Positions 28,097-40,810 of a DNA stretch of 64,000 nt are shown piece after piece. The translations under genes were made by a program, and so were the position numbers. The DNA comes from Tubiluchus corallicola (lineage: Eukaryota > Animalia > Priapulida): assembly GCA_030141605.1 (NCBI GenBank), contig JAQGDQ010000026.1:1005696-1069695 (forward strand), written 5' to 3'. Within the stretch, counting starts at the first letter, position 1. Each line of letters begins with the position of its first letter. The notes under the pieces are model-generated. The model searched no databases, was not told the origin of the DNA, and saw only the letters and a list, made by a program, of their open reading frames with translations.

Positions 28097-28219
28097 GTTG
28101 ATGTACAAGAGACTCGTCGGTGGAGTGCTAGCATTAAGTCGTGCTCACTTTATTCAGGTCAACGGTTTCTCAAATCTCTACTGGGGTTGGGGTGGAGAAG
28201 ATGATGATATGAGTAAGAG
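28097..28219 (+). CDS. Gene A coding exon 5 (WGWGGEDDD)
   Basis: Reads LMYKRLVGGVLALSRAHFIQVNGFSNLYWGWGGEDDDMSKR; 123 nt. Confidence 0.95.
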
Positions 28220-28420
28220 GTATTTCGCACTTATTGTAGCTATGTAAAAGCTGTAATTATTAACTCCTTTAAAATAATAAGTTTGAGATCTTATTTATCT
28301 TTTTATTCTTAAAGTTATTGTTAACTTGTTGTTATGGTGCATTTCAATGAATTAGACACAAGTGTCAATAGTTATTTATATAAAACTGTAATGTTTATTA
28401 ATATTACTATTGTATTACAG

Positions 28421-28718
28421 GATAGTGGATGCTGGTCTGTTGATAACTAGACCCCGGTTGCTTGTGGGTCGATACAAAATGGTGCATCACATCAAGCGCA
28501 TCAGGTCCGAAATCCGTATGAATTTACTGGCACGGTGGAGACGATGGCGTCGAGATGGGCTTAACATGTTACGAAAACTCAACTACTCAGTGTTAGCAGT
28601 GAAACAACACGATCTTTACTTAAATATTACCGTCGATGTTGGTGATCCACCTTCTCCCAAAGAACAGCTGTCCAATTTAGGTTACACTGAGTCGATCAGC
28701 TGGAGCTGGTCTTGGTGA
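28421..28718 (+). CDS. Gene A last coding exon
   Basis: Reads IVDAGLLITRP...GRYKMVHH...DGLN...LYLNITVDVG...SWSWSW*; AATAAA near 28931. Confidence 0.93.
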
Positions 28719-29138
28719 TAAATGTGCAATTTTAATACTCATCACCTTCATAAATTAAGTGAGTTAGCCATTTCAGGTATTAAGGTCAATATACAGCTAT
28801 TAGCATAATGAATTTGTTTTCCATGTGCAAAGCATATCTGTGATACTGAGCAATCTCGACACATGACCAATTCTGGTCAAATTAGTATTAATTTTTTCCT
28901 ATGATATTACTGAGTGCTTTGTTTATGTGTAATAAAAATACAGTCTTTGCCTCTATAAGTATGGTATACTTTCGTTTATTTTCATATGATACATGTACTT
29001 GTATGTACATAATAACAAACAGGCACGGTAATACAGAGGAGAAAAAGCTGCTCTCAGCCAACTAAAAGCAACAGTAGCAGTACTGAATTTTAACATCACA
29101 GGATATGACGTGTACATGCAAAAATCATGTTTAGCCCA

Positions 29139-29266
29139 AAATATTTTTGGAATTATCTTGCAATTTGAACTAATTCATCTCACCGTAAGGCTAGCGACAA
29201 CACAATTTTTTTGGAATTACCTTACAATTTAAACTAATTCAGCCTAGCATAAGGCTAGCAACAACA
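29139..29266. repeat. Imperfect tandem duplication (~64 bp x2)
   Basis: ttttggaattatcttgcaatttgaactaattca...taaggctagcgacaaca repeated with substitutions. Confidence 0.75.
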
Positions 29267-31883
29267 GTACTATTAAATGCAGACACAAGTCTCGACTTCA
29301 AAGATTGAAATTTGAATAATTTGGAAACTAAAAATATTTGTAAAAAAATAAAATAGCTTTTTTAAGATACTGACTCATGCCTTGCCCAAAGTTCTAGGAT
29401 AGCAGTTACGAAATAGCAAGTTTCCTAGATACTAATAGTTTTTCATACATCAATACCAAAACTTCAAAATTTTTTGGTACTGTTTAAGCATTAACTGTGA
29501 CCTAAGTGTGACTGCTGCTGTACACCTCCACTGCTAATAAACTGTAACCACGTTAATGTACATAATGGTTGACGAAACATTTTCAGAACTTCAGGTTGAG
29601 TAGTCTCAGTAAATAAACGTATTGAACCAAAAACTATACACTAACTGGATAAAACATTTGGCTAATTCAAACTGACGGCCCTAACGTACCAGACTATCAA
29701 TAGTTCACTGAACGGAAAACTTTCACTGAACTAAAAAGTGGGAAAATAGAATAGCAACATACGTAACAACTAGACTGTTAACTAATTATAGTTAGTAAGA
29801 GTTTGTTTATGCGCTAACACTTGAACGTTTGGCAATAATAAGCATTAATATTACTGGTTGACTTAATTACAGTTACTATACAGCACTTAAAACAGTGAAA
29901 CAACATAAATTAAAAACCTTAAAACAAGAAACAATAACACTATTAGAATAATTATTACAAATAAAACGAAGATATTGCTCCTGCTGATTGTATAACACTA
30001 TTGCTTGCATATAACAAGATTTTATTTTACATATTTAGGGAATGCAAACAACATACAATTTAAAAGACAACATTTAAATACAATTTTCAACATGCTAATT
30101 TCTTGTTAAATAGAGCCTATTTTAGGTGCACTACCTCATGATGATGTAATTTCACAGTAAGCTAGCATGATTAAGATTGCAGGTTTATGGCTAATATTTC
30201 TGCTCATAGGAAGTAAAACTTCCAAAGACAACACAGGTGAATGAAACTCAGCATACTAGTTTAGTCAGTTCACTAATACTTGCCACAAATAATCAAACTT
30301 GAAAAAAAACAAACACTTAAAAGACAAACCAACACGTAAGATATCACAAAAAGAACACTGATAACAAATGAAATCTATACACGCCATCTAACACCAATGT
30401 CACCATAGATGCATAATAGCGGCAAGCTTATCACAGACATTAAACTCTCGTGTCAACTACACATATATCTCTTTTGTACAAAACAAAATAGACCGGCAGA
30501 AATGCCTGGACGAACTTGCACTCAAAGCTTCAGTGGCATAACTATGCACCCGCAAGATTCTTGCAGCTGCAGGAGGTCATTGGTTGATGAAAACATAGGT
30601 TAAAAAGTAAAAAGGCCCTTGGTCATGAACTAGAGGACCAAGAGCACCAAAGCAATACATAATTATGTTTAACAGAACAGACACCTTTGCCAGCATGAAA
30701 TTGTGAAGAAAAAATCTAAAGGCAAGTTATGAGAGTTTTATAGCTAATTTTGAAAACTGCAGCGCATCAGTAGGCCACAAAATTTTACTTTACCTTTCAA
30801 TAATAGGTGCCCACTGAATTATTTCTCAGGGTGAGGGACCTCAAAGGTATCGCTACACTATTGCAAAGCTTCCAAAGTATGTTACCTACATAACGTTAAT
30901 ATGTAAAGAAAAATGACGACACTTACAAAATAGCTAAGCTGTAGTTATTAAAAATAACAGAATTAATAGAGTGTGAAATAAACGTTATGAACACACTGTG
31001 AGTTCTAAAATGAGTCGATAACAATAAAAATAAGCAAATATCAACCGATAATAAAATGTAACAGACAATACATATAATATAGATATTGCACCAGTATTTA
31101 TCTTTGTAAAATTTTTTGTCAATGCAATCATACAGTTTACATTGAACTTGAAAAGTTAAAATGTTAATATAATAAAAACCCAATTATAAATATTAGTATA
31201 GTAACTTTGGCATTTTCTAGTTTGTCATTACAAAGGTCTTGGTTATACATACCATGTGAAATACAGACCTTTCTTGTAGTAACTATAATCTTTAGTACAA
31301 GCTTAATCAGTTTTTGGCAGAAATCTATCTTCATAATACATAGGTAACAAATATCATTTGGCAATACTTAAGAAAAATGTTCAAGAAGTACTGCAGTGAA
31401 TGGCAGTACTATACATTTTCTGTAAAAGATTTGATAGCAAATGACACCTAGCGAACTATTTTAATTGGCACCATAAAATTTTGGGTATAGCTGTACAAGA
31501 GTGCTTTAACTCACACAAACAGTTCATGACAAAAATTATCATTTTTTAAACAGCTAAGCTTACTGACACATTTATGCCAAAATAAAATTAATAAAATAGA
31601 CACTGTAAACGATCTATGCTATGTTCCGCACTGAACTACTACTAAACACCAGTAAAACTACTACAACCATAAAATTATAATATAATAATATTAAGCTTTG
31701 TATCTTTGGCAAAACCTAACTTTGGCATAAAATACTTATTGAAATAAACAGCAACGTATATGAAAAATTGAGGCAAGTGCTCTTTAAAAACTTTGGCATT
31801 ATGCATTGGAGAGGTTACGAAACCAATTTGACACAGAGTAAAAGAGATTCAAAATTTAAAACTCAAGAACTAAGAATTCTTAG

Positions 31884-32504
31884 CAGACTTGGGTTCAATA
31901 AAGTACTTGTACTTGGTGCATGAATATCAGTTTTCATGTGTTTATACTTGAGTTTTATTTTTCAGTTGATCTGTACTGTACTGATCGAAATGTACTTGAT
32001 TCTTCACATACTTCAAACATTGTCATTTTGTAGTAATAATAAGTCAATGAAACATTTTTACATTCATTTTAGCTTACCATTATCAAATGCATGAAACTCA
32101 ATAACTCCACAGGCCTGAAAATTACTGAGTAAAGGGATGGTTATTCTGGACTTAAATTACTCTACATTTCTTATTTAGGTTCACTGTTTTTACACAATGC
32201 AAAATACCTTTCAGCTTGCACATTGGTAAATTTATGAATAATTAATGTCTGCTGTGATTTTAAGCATAATTTGCAGTTAGACGACATGCAGTTCTTGCAA
32301 ACATTGTGATGCTCAGTTTCCCATTTTTAAAAACAACAACAACGAATCTTAGCAGAGTAGATTTCCCTAGTTATAAGTACTTCAATAAATTTTTATTAAC
32401 TTTTGCATTCGTGAACTAGTACTTTATAAAAAATTTTATGGTTATATTTAACAGTCATTCCAGTACTTTGCCATTTGATAAAAATTACTCGAACCCAAGC
32501 CCTA
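31884..32504. mobile_element. Decayed MITE
   Basis: cttgggttc ... gaacccaag inverted ends with subterminal gtactt motifs. Confidence 0.45.
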
Positions 32505-33799
32505 TCCCTAAAGATTTTTAGAGAAGACATAGCGAAGGGTTCTTTGGTTCAATTCTCTATTCGTAACATTTGAATGGTGCCAAATCTTGTTATAAATATC
32601 TACTGATAATATCAATTATTGGCAAGTTTAATAAAGAAAAAAATATTTTGTAAAATTCTACAAAGAACAGGATGAGATTCTTTACATAAATAAAAGGTGT
32701 CAAATGCTGAATTATGCATTTCAGAGTTCATTAGTATTGGACACAGGTAAATATCAATTAACAGCAACTTTATTAAAATGAATGCAAGTTTTGTATAGGT
32801 CTCTGTGGCATTGATAAGTTGTAATTTGTGTTGGCTGTTTTTCAAAAATGCATCATCCATACAGCTAACTATTATTAAATGTTATATAGTTACGTTGTTT
32901 GCATTGGTGATCTAGTTTATGTAGCATGACTCCAATCACAGACCAGTTTCTACAAAGTAATTCTGTATCTTGTAACAGTGAAATTGGGGCAAAATCTTCA
33001 TTGTTCTATAGACCGTAGTATAATGTCAATAGAGGCAGAGTGCAGAGATCAACTGCTAAATGTTTAACTTTCTAAAAACTTTGTCTTAGATTCAAAATGG
33101 TAATGTTTGTTTTGGAATAGAAATGCATTTGTCTCTTGCCAAAGCAAGCTAAATTATGGGAGGTTTTCCAATGATGATGACTTGTGCATTAAAAAAGATG
33201 AGTTAATAAGATAAGAAACTGCCTGAAAGTTGCATTCTGACTCAGTAGTTGGGATGATATATGCAGCAGCAATAAGAATTTGACAGTATGTGAACCCCAT
33301 GAGATACAAACACCCAACATGCAATGATAAAACCTTGATAAATATCACCCTGCATTTCATCAGTTACCAGAAATGGGGGCTTTATGTAGCACAAAATGCT
33401 CCACATATCACAAGTAGGCTCCAACTCATTCAAGTGATATTATTTACAAGAGAAAATACTAATGCAAGCTCCGTCTCAAGGCTTATCCACACACTACTGC
33501 AGTTATGTGGTCCTAAGAAATATTACATTGTAACATTTGGCCCAACAAAAAGCACCATTCAATAACAGAACAGCCAACAGTTAAATACAGATTAATTACA
33601 GATCGGATAATGAGATTCACAGAGTTAAACGAGACATCTTGGCAGGTGTTTTCAACTTCTGTCCCATGAGATTCAGGAAGTAAAAAAGAGATTCATCTGG
33701 AATGTTTTATACTTGTGAAACCATTTTTTGGGTTTGCATTGGCAGTGGAATGACGAAAAGAGCAGGACTGATAAATTAATGTCTAAATTTCTCGCATCC

Positions 33800-33953
33800 C
33801 TATCTATTTGAGGCAAAAATTTGAGGTGGTTTTCCTACATCTATCATTAGATGGGTAAACAGTGCAAGTTCTCTAATCCATACCATATTATATTTTACGC
33901 TGTTGAGACCATCTAACTTGAAGCGTTTTACCCCTGTATAAAGCAGCTTGTAT
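33800..33953 (-). CDS. Gene B (GT7 beta-1,4-Gal/GalNAc-transferase) last coding exon
   Basis: ttttcag acceptor. Reads YKLLYTGVKRFKLDGLNSVKYNMVWIRELALFTHLMIDVGKPPQIFASNR*. Confidence 0.93.
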
Positions 33954-35249
33954 CTGAAAACAAATTAGAAAACAAAGCTATTAGCAATGCTAATGTAATA
34001 CATTATTTACAGACTGGATAAATCAAATTACCTAACTAGGTCATAGAATTCACATCTCGTATAAACTACAAAATCAATAACACAGAAATCAAAATGTGTT
34101 GTGAAATTTGCTACATCAAGCGACTGCGAATAATGCAATTAGAAATTTCGTAGCTGTGCCTGATAAATATGCTGGTCATAGAGAAATTTTGGTTTTTACA
34201 CAATGTTCGTTTAGTTTTATACATTGGTTAAAAACTACTGAAGAATCTATTAAGAAGGCTTCTTAAGCTTTGTAATAGTGCAGTCACATTTTTATTTATC
34301 AAGTGTTTTACACTGTTTTGTACAGTAAATAAAGCAATGTTCAGGGGCTATTGGCACAAATTTTGAACAAAAACAGCCACCATCTTCAAAACTAATGAAA
34401 TAACCAACGAGAATATGTTATTTATGCAAATGATTTTTTGTGCACTAATGATATTTGTAAAAAAAACTTGTACAATTTCATCACAGTTCAAGCCACAACT
34501 TAGCTAAAAGAAAAGATTGCCATGGTGCTCGTAACACCCAGCCTGTTATGCACAATGTCTTGCTATAACACATAACAAAACACTGCAGAAAGCTCATTGG
34601 TAAAATTGGCACTGCTATGGTGACTTAGTGACTCTTTGTCTGCTATCTCAGGGCAGATTAAAAAACACTGCTAAATTGTACTTGCACTATTTGCAGTCCT
34701 ATGATTTTATAGAAAAGAAGTAAACAAGATTATTAGCAATTCTAATTTAGTTTTTTTAGTTTTTCAAACAAGAAATACAGAATAAAATTCAAGCTCGGTC
34801 ACAGTATTTGTCAACATACAAAATTCATTATCAAACATCCGTTACTGCTGCAATGTGACGAAAGTTATTAATAATATTCTTTCAAAAACAAAAAAACTTT
34901 CACATCCTGAATTGCTCTTGCTATCTTAAAGGAGAAAAACATTTCAACACACAAAAACTGTTGCCCTGTGTATCATTTTAAAACAACTCATTTTGCATAG
35001 TGGGTTATTATTATGGCTTGTTTTTTTTAGTGGTTTCCTTGATCTATAGTTTTGCAGGGGACAGTTTTCCTAAAGATGTAAGATATGTTTATTTAAAACA
35101 ATAGGATTAGAAGCAAACAATAATAAGGGCATAAGTGTGAAGGCAGTGTATGACTAAAAATACTTCCCTTATATACAACATATTGTTAAAAATTACTTTA
35201 GGGGTTGCACACTATGTGTAACAGGGGCGGTGTTATCTGTATATATATT

Positions 35250-35870
35250 TTTTCACTATGCAAGTTTATGGGAATTAATTAGATAATAGGATATAAGATT
35301 AAAAATTGTGTCAAACCAAACAGTTGATGTACAGACATTAGACATTGATACACAGGGCTATGAGGAGGAACTTTTTTGATGACACAACTTAGATAAGAAA
35401 GATCAGTATTTCAGCATCAAGTTTCAAAATAAAAATGCTGAGATAGGATAATGCAAAAGAATTGACATGAAACATTAATATACAGGCTTGTGTGAAGAAA
35501 TGAATACAGTTTCACCACTAACATAAGAATGATTATTTTAACATGAGGTTTGAAAAATTAAAACTGCACTGGAAATAAATGTGTTGATGACACTATTTAA
35601 ATGAGAATGGTAACTTTTTTAATAACGGATTTTAAAATAAAAATACTATGCCTGGATAATATGGCTATTGATGCAAAATGAAATGATATCGGGCATTTGT
35701 GTACAAGACTGCATGAAAAAACTATTGTGATTTCACAACTTAAATAAGAATGAAAGTTGTCCCTAAACAAGGTTTAAAAATGAAAGTACTAAGCTTGGGA
35801 GATATGGGTATTCATGCAAAAGAAATGTATGTAATCATTATACAGAGTTTTTCAAGTAGTAAGGTTTGAA
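35250..35870. repeat. Highly diverged tandem repeat (~120-130-bp unit)
   Basis: Recurring acaacttagataagaa...aggtttgaaaa...gatgcaaaagaa...tacag motifs. Confidence 0.5.
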
Positions 35871-36672
35871 AGATTAGTATCAGAACAGGCAAAGTCAGTC
35901 ACACACACGTGAATAGTGAATGTGAAGACACGCGTGACTATGACAAAAAAACAATAAAAGTCAAAATTTTGTGTAAACTCCTTCTAGAAAAAATAAAAAA
36001 AAATCTTTGGAAGTCTTGAAAAAATGCCCATAAGGAGTAAAAAGACAACTACCTGTAGACGAGTCTTTCTCATATATGCCTGTATTCAGAAAGAAATTTT
36101 ATGAGTAGAGGTTTGATTTTAAAAGACCTACAATTCTGCAAGGTCAAATGGGGATCTAGCTCAGTGTTCTTTAATTCCTCTCTCAAGTTTCCACTGAGAA
36201 AATACACAGTACCAATATAAGGCACTATAGGTTGTTGTGGCTGCATCATAACTTATTTTCTTGCTTTAACCAGAAACTACAGACAGGATTTTTTTGCACT
36301 TACTCACTGATAACTTCAGAATGAATGCTACAGTGACAAATTTCATAATTATGACTTTTTTCAGAATGTTCTGAGAACTTTGCTAACTTACAAGAGTCTC
36401 CAGGCAAACAAACTCTTAATAACCATAAAACTTAAAAAGAAAACAAACTGATCTGGAAAAACAAACAAACACAATGGATAGCTAGCAGGCATAAAGCACT
36501 GATTCAGCAAAGAATCTGAGTAATACCACTTCCGCTTTCTTTAGGTTGCATGCAACTCAAACTAAATGCCAGACTATTGCATAACACCCATTTTAAAGTT
36601 ACTAGACAAAAAGGAATGTTCATAAGTGCATTCCTTAGTGTACATAATTTATCTATGTTATTCTGTCTGTAC

Positions 36673-36774
36673 CTCTTTTTCTGTTCAATTGGTTTTCGTT
36701 TTGTGTGCTTAATCATCTGGTAACGCCCAATTCTCATGGGTGGGCGAGATATTTTCAAACCAACATAATGCATC
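36673..36774 (-). CDS. Gene B coding exon 5
   Basis: Reads MHYVGLKISRPPMRIGRYQMIKHTKRKPIEQKKR; donor gtacag. Confidence 0.92.
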
Positions 36775-37006
36775 CTGGAATAAAACAAAAAGTGTTTTAG
36801 AATTAACAAATTACTGTTAATGTCTATTTAACATATTTAAAAGCTCAAAAAATATTTTAATAATTAATGATGTAGTAATAACTAGTATTCTTTAGGTAAA
36901 ACCCAAAGTTATCTTTTAAAAGATATTTCCGTGAAGTTTGCCGATATTAATTTTATGACTATAAATCTCTAAAATGAAATACATGAAAGAGCCAGCCTCT
37001 CGGAAT

Positions 37007-37320
37007 CAACATGCTGTTTACTGACACAGACGATCATTTCAACACAAACGTCATTATCAATGCTAGAAATTAAGCCAAAAGAAATAATTAGTACATTTAC
37101 GACACTGCAATTACCAAGGCAGAAAATCATTGCACCATCAGAAGAGTGAAATTTAAATTACCAGGCATATCTACTTGTATTCTGGTAACTTATACTTCAC
37201 TCTCTTGATTTAGTAATAAATTTGCACTTTGGTAATTGCATTTGTTTTGGCTTAATTTCTAGCACTAATAATGATAATTGTGTTGAAACGATCATCTGTG
37301 CTCAATAAACAGCATATTGA
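37007..37320. repeat. Fold-back (palindromic) element, ~310 bp
   Basis: Arms pair along most of their length (atgctgttta/taaacagcat, tgctagaaattaagccaaaa/ttttggcttaatttctagca, tgcaattaccaa/ttggtaattgca, ttaccag/ctggtaa); centre near 37172. Confidence 0.85.
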
Positions 37321-39040
37321 ATCAATATCTACAGTTACACCTTTGACAGTTTTTCCATGGTTAGGCAGAATATTTGTTCTTGCATGCCTTTATTCTTACA
37401 ATTTTTCACTTTGAATTTGAAGTGTCTGTAATTACTATAAAATTACATTTCGTTTAAGATTTGTCACAAAAACTAATAGCATTTTAATTTAAATTGCTAG
37501 CAAGGCACAAAATTGTCAATAAAACAAAGCCAAGCATTTGGCAAGAGTGCACAAGAAAAACTGAGAAATTATAAATTATGGGAATTTTTGTCCGCGAAAA
37601 CAAATTGACTAAAAACATAATCTGTAATACTTTTCCACTAGAGTGCAAATTCTGATTCCAATCTGTAAAAGCAATTTGAAAGTGTGTCGCTAGGCAACCA
37701 GAGCACCCACCAATGGATTTATAGCCTTATTATCCATGGTAATATAGTTATATGACAGTAAACTATTACAGTTATGGGTTAGTGCCTTATCATAAATACC
37801 ATACACTACTTTAAGAACAAAAGAGGAGCGACTTGCATATCAGCTGGGTAAATCTCACTCAAGCTCATAATCACAGACATTGACCTAATCAACACTCAAA
37901 ATAATTATTTCTGATTGCTGCCTAGTTAAAGCAAATGCAGTTCCTTTTAAATAACTACATGTTTATTATTGTGTTAGAAGACCATGCAATGCCGGGAAAA
38001 TAATTAATGCAATTAAATAACCTTTGTTTTTCTAGCTTTTTATGTGGCACATTAGTATTTATGCTTCTATAGTTCTATACTTCTGTATCATTTACAGCTC
38101 TGTGACAAGCTCTGGGATCTATGTTACAAAATTTGCAGAAAGCTCTGCTAAAAATTATTATTATTACTGCTAACTTTGGAATATTTCTTTCATTTGGAAT
38201 ATTAGACATAATTATACATTTTTAACTAATTAGGTTTCTCATTTAGAATAGATCTGTTTTTATAACGCTCTAATTTAATAATTATGTTCCATATTAAATA
38301 AATTACTGGTTGTTATTGATTGACTGGTACAAGCTAGTCTAGAAAGAATTTGAGACAAAATAGATGGATGAAAGCAGCGTGCTACTAGTGATAGCAATGA
38401 GGAGGTTTATTTGCAATTGACACTAATAACCTGTAGTCTTATTAATTGCATAGATAAATGTTGATGGCAAACTGTTGTAGGCCAAACCTCAAATAGTACA
38501 TCCTATTAATTTTAGTAAATGGAACATCTTTGTTTGTCAAAATGTGAAAAACCATATTTTGTAAATTAAACCTTAAAATAACTAATCTTCTATTCTGGTA
38601 CCCTGACGATAGCATGTTTCGAAAATTCTAAAAAAAATTCTCCAGTTACTTCATTGCAAGTAGGTGGCAAGTTAACAAATTTGGCAGGAAGTTATTCTGC
38701 TGAACCAGCACATAAAACCCACATGTTTCTTGACACAGTTGTTACGTCAAGGATCCTTGGGGTTTGTGCAACACCTGAAAAAATGGTGAAGCAACTTGTG
38801 ATAATCCATCCCAATGTTTTCATTAGCATTTATGCTCCTTCAGGAACAGTTGCACCCATGTGAAGGAATTTCTTAAGAAGTCCTATATTTCCGCCGGCAC
38901 TGCTAGTTGGAATGCTTAGAATTTGCTGCAATATTGAACCTAGTTAACGAAGAAGCTTGAAAAAAAGCCATTTCTAAAAAAATGCAGAATTGCACGTTTT
39001 GTATTAAGCAAATATATTTATTATTTATTTGTTATTTACC

Positions 39041-39139
39041 TACGTAAACTGGGTTACATGGCCACATGGCCTAGTTCGTATTTTTTTAGTTACGTAAACT
39101 GGGTTACATGGCCACATGGTCTAGTTTGTATTTTTTAGA
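39041..39139. repeat. 50-bp tandem duplication
   Basis: tacgtaaactgggttacatggccacatgg.ctagtt.gtattttttag x2. Confidence 0.9.
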
Positions 39140-39497
39140 TTTAGAGTGTTACAGTCTCTTAATTAAAGCAAGGTTTAAGGTAAATTTAGAAGGAACATCA
39201 TGCAGTACATGTTATATATAAAACACGTTAGACTATATAAAGATATGAGTATCTCCTCTCATAAGTCCTGGTAATGTAATTAATAGACACCCTAATTCAT
39301 ATCAATGAGTTTCTATGAAAATGCTAAAAACACAGGTCTAAAGAATACTGATAAAACAGCAACAGAATTACTCTCGATTAATTTTTTGAGTGATAGTAGT
39401 ATTCCACTGCAGTTAATTTGCTACACTGAGTCTACACACATCATAAAGTATCCTTGTCTGTCACCTACTTATAATTATTTTATACGGGTAATGTTAC

Positions 39498-39620
39498 CTG
39501 TTGGCCATATCATCATCTTCAGCACCCCAACCCCAGTACATATTGGAATATCCATTTACTAGTAAAAAGTGTTCTAGTCGAATTGCTAACACCCCTCCAA
39601 CTAGATCCATATATGGCATC
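39498..39620 (-). CDS. Gene B coding exon 4 (WGWGAEDDD)
   Basis: Reads MPYMDLVGGVLAIRLEHFLLVNGYSNMYWGWGAEDDDMANR; 123 nt, same size as the equivalent gene A exon. Confidence 0.95.
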
Positions 39621-40649
39621 CTGCAACAAAAAGGAAAGTGATGTACTAAAATTAATGTCAACAGCCTGTGAAATCTATAGATTAAAGTCAACTACAGTAC
39701 TTATCATTTGCGGCAGACCTTCTATAATGTCTAGAAGAAAATTTTTGAATAATGAGTAAGTATTGCATTTACTATACACTACAAATGACAGTTATTTAGA
39801 CAATAATGACACTTTGTATCGTGACAATAGAGAGCATTACCCAGAAAAAGTACTAAAAATTGCTGCTAGTGTACTTTGTATGCATTCTACTGCAGCGAAG
39901 ACTAAGTTGAAATGTTATGATTCGCTGACAGTTACATTCAGGTTATGCTTCATATTAACAGTCAAACTCTACATGCAACTTCATTCACTCAGCTGACAAT
40001 AAAATTAGCTACTGCTTTTAACTCTGTATCACAATCATATCAATATCAGAGATCTCTTTTGGTGTACACCTTAGTACCACAACTCACGTCAGGACTATCA
40101 TTTATCATCCTAACATGCCACTACTCTCCCACTGACTCTGTGGTACCCTAACCAGTAAGTACCCCGCTATCCCTACCTCAGTAATCTCACCCACTAAAAA
40201 TCAATAAGGCAAGTACTTCCAACGCAGTAAACACATACAATGTTGAATTTGAGTTTCATAAATATAATGTATTCAGGGAAAATTGGAGCACATTATATAC
40301 ACAAATTTTGAGTCAGAAGCTGCTTCAAAACTCATTAACATTATTAATTAACATTATGATTATAAGAAACAATGTCTTTGCAATTGCACATGCCACAAAG
40401 TTACTTTAGGTAACAAAATAATCATTTGATGCATCATAACAGGTTATCAAAAATCAGTAGTAGCCGTAACAGGAAACCAAAATTGTGAATGAAAACATTC
40501 AACAGGTAATATAACTGTGCAAACAGTTCTAAATTTGGACTACACTACTGCACAGTGTTGGCACAATAAGGGCAAAATTGATCGTACGGAAAACGAAGAT
40601 ATCAAGTAAAAATAGGATAGTGTTTGAAGTACTTTATGCAAGCAGAACA

Positions 40650-40810
40650 GAAAAAGAGTGAGAGAGAGAGAGAGTGAGAGAAATACAGTAAGAGAGAGGG
40701 ATACATAGAGAGAGAAACAGTCAGAGAAAAGAGAGCGTGGGGTAGAGGATAGGGAGACTGACAAGTAGAGGGAGAAAGAGAGGGAGAGAGAGATAGAGAG
40801 AGAGAGCTGG
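40650..40810. repeat. Degenerate GA-rich repeat
   Basis: Interrupted GA tract. Confidence 0.8.
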
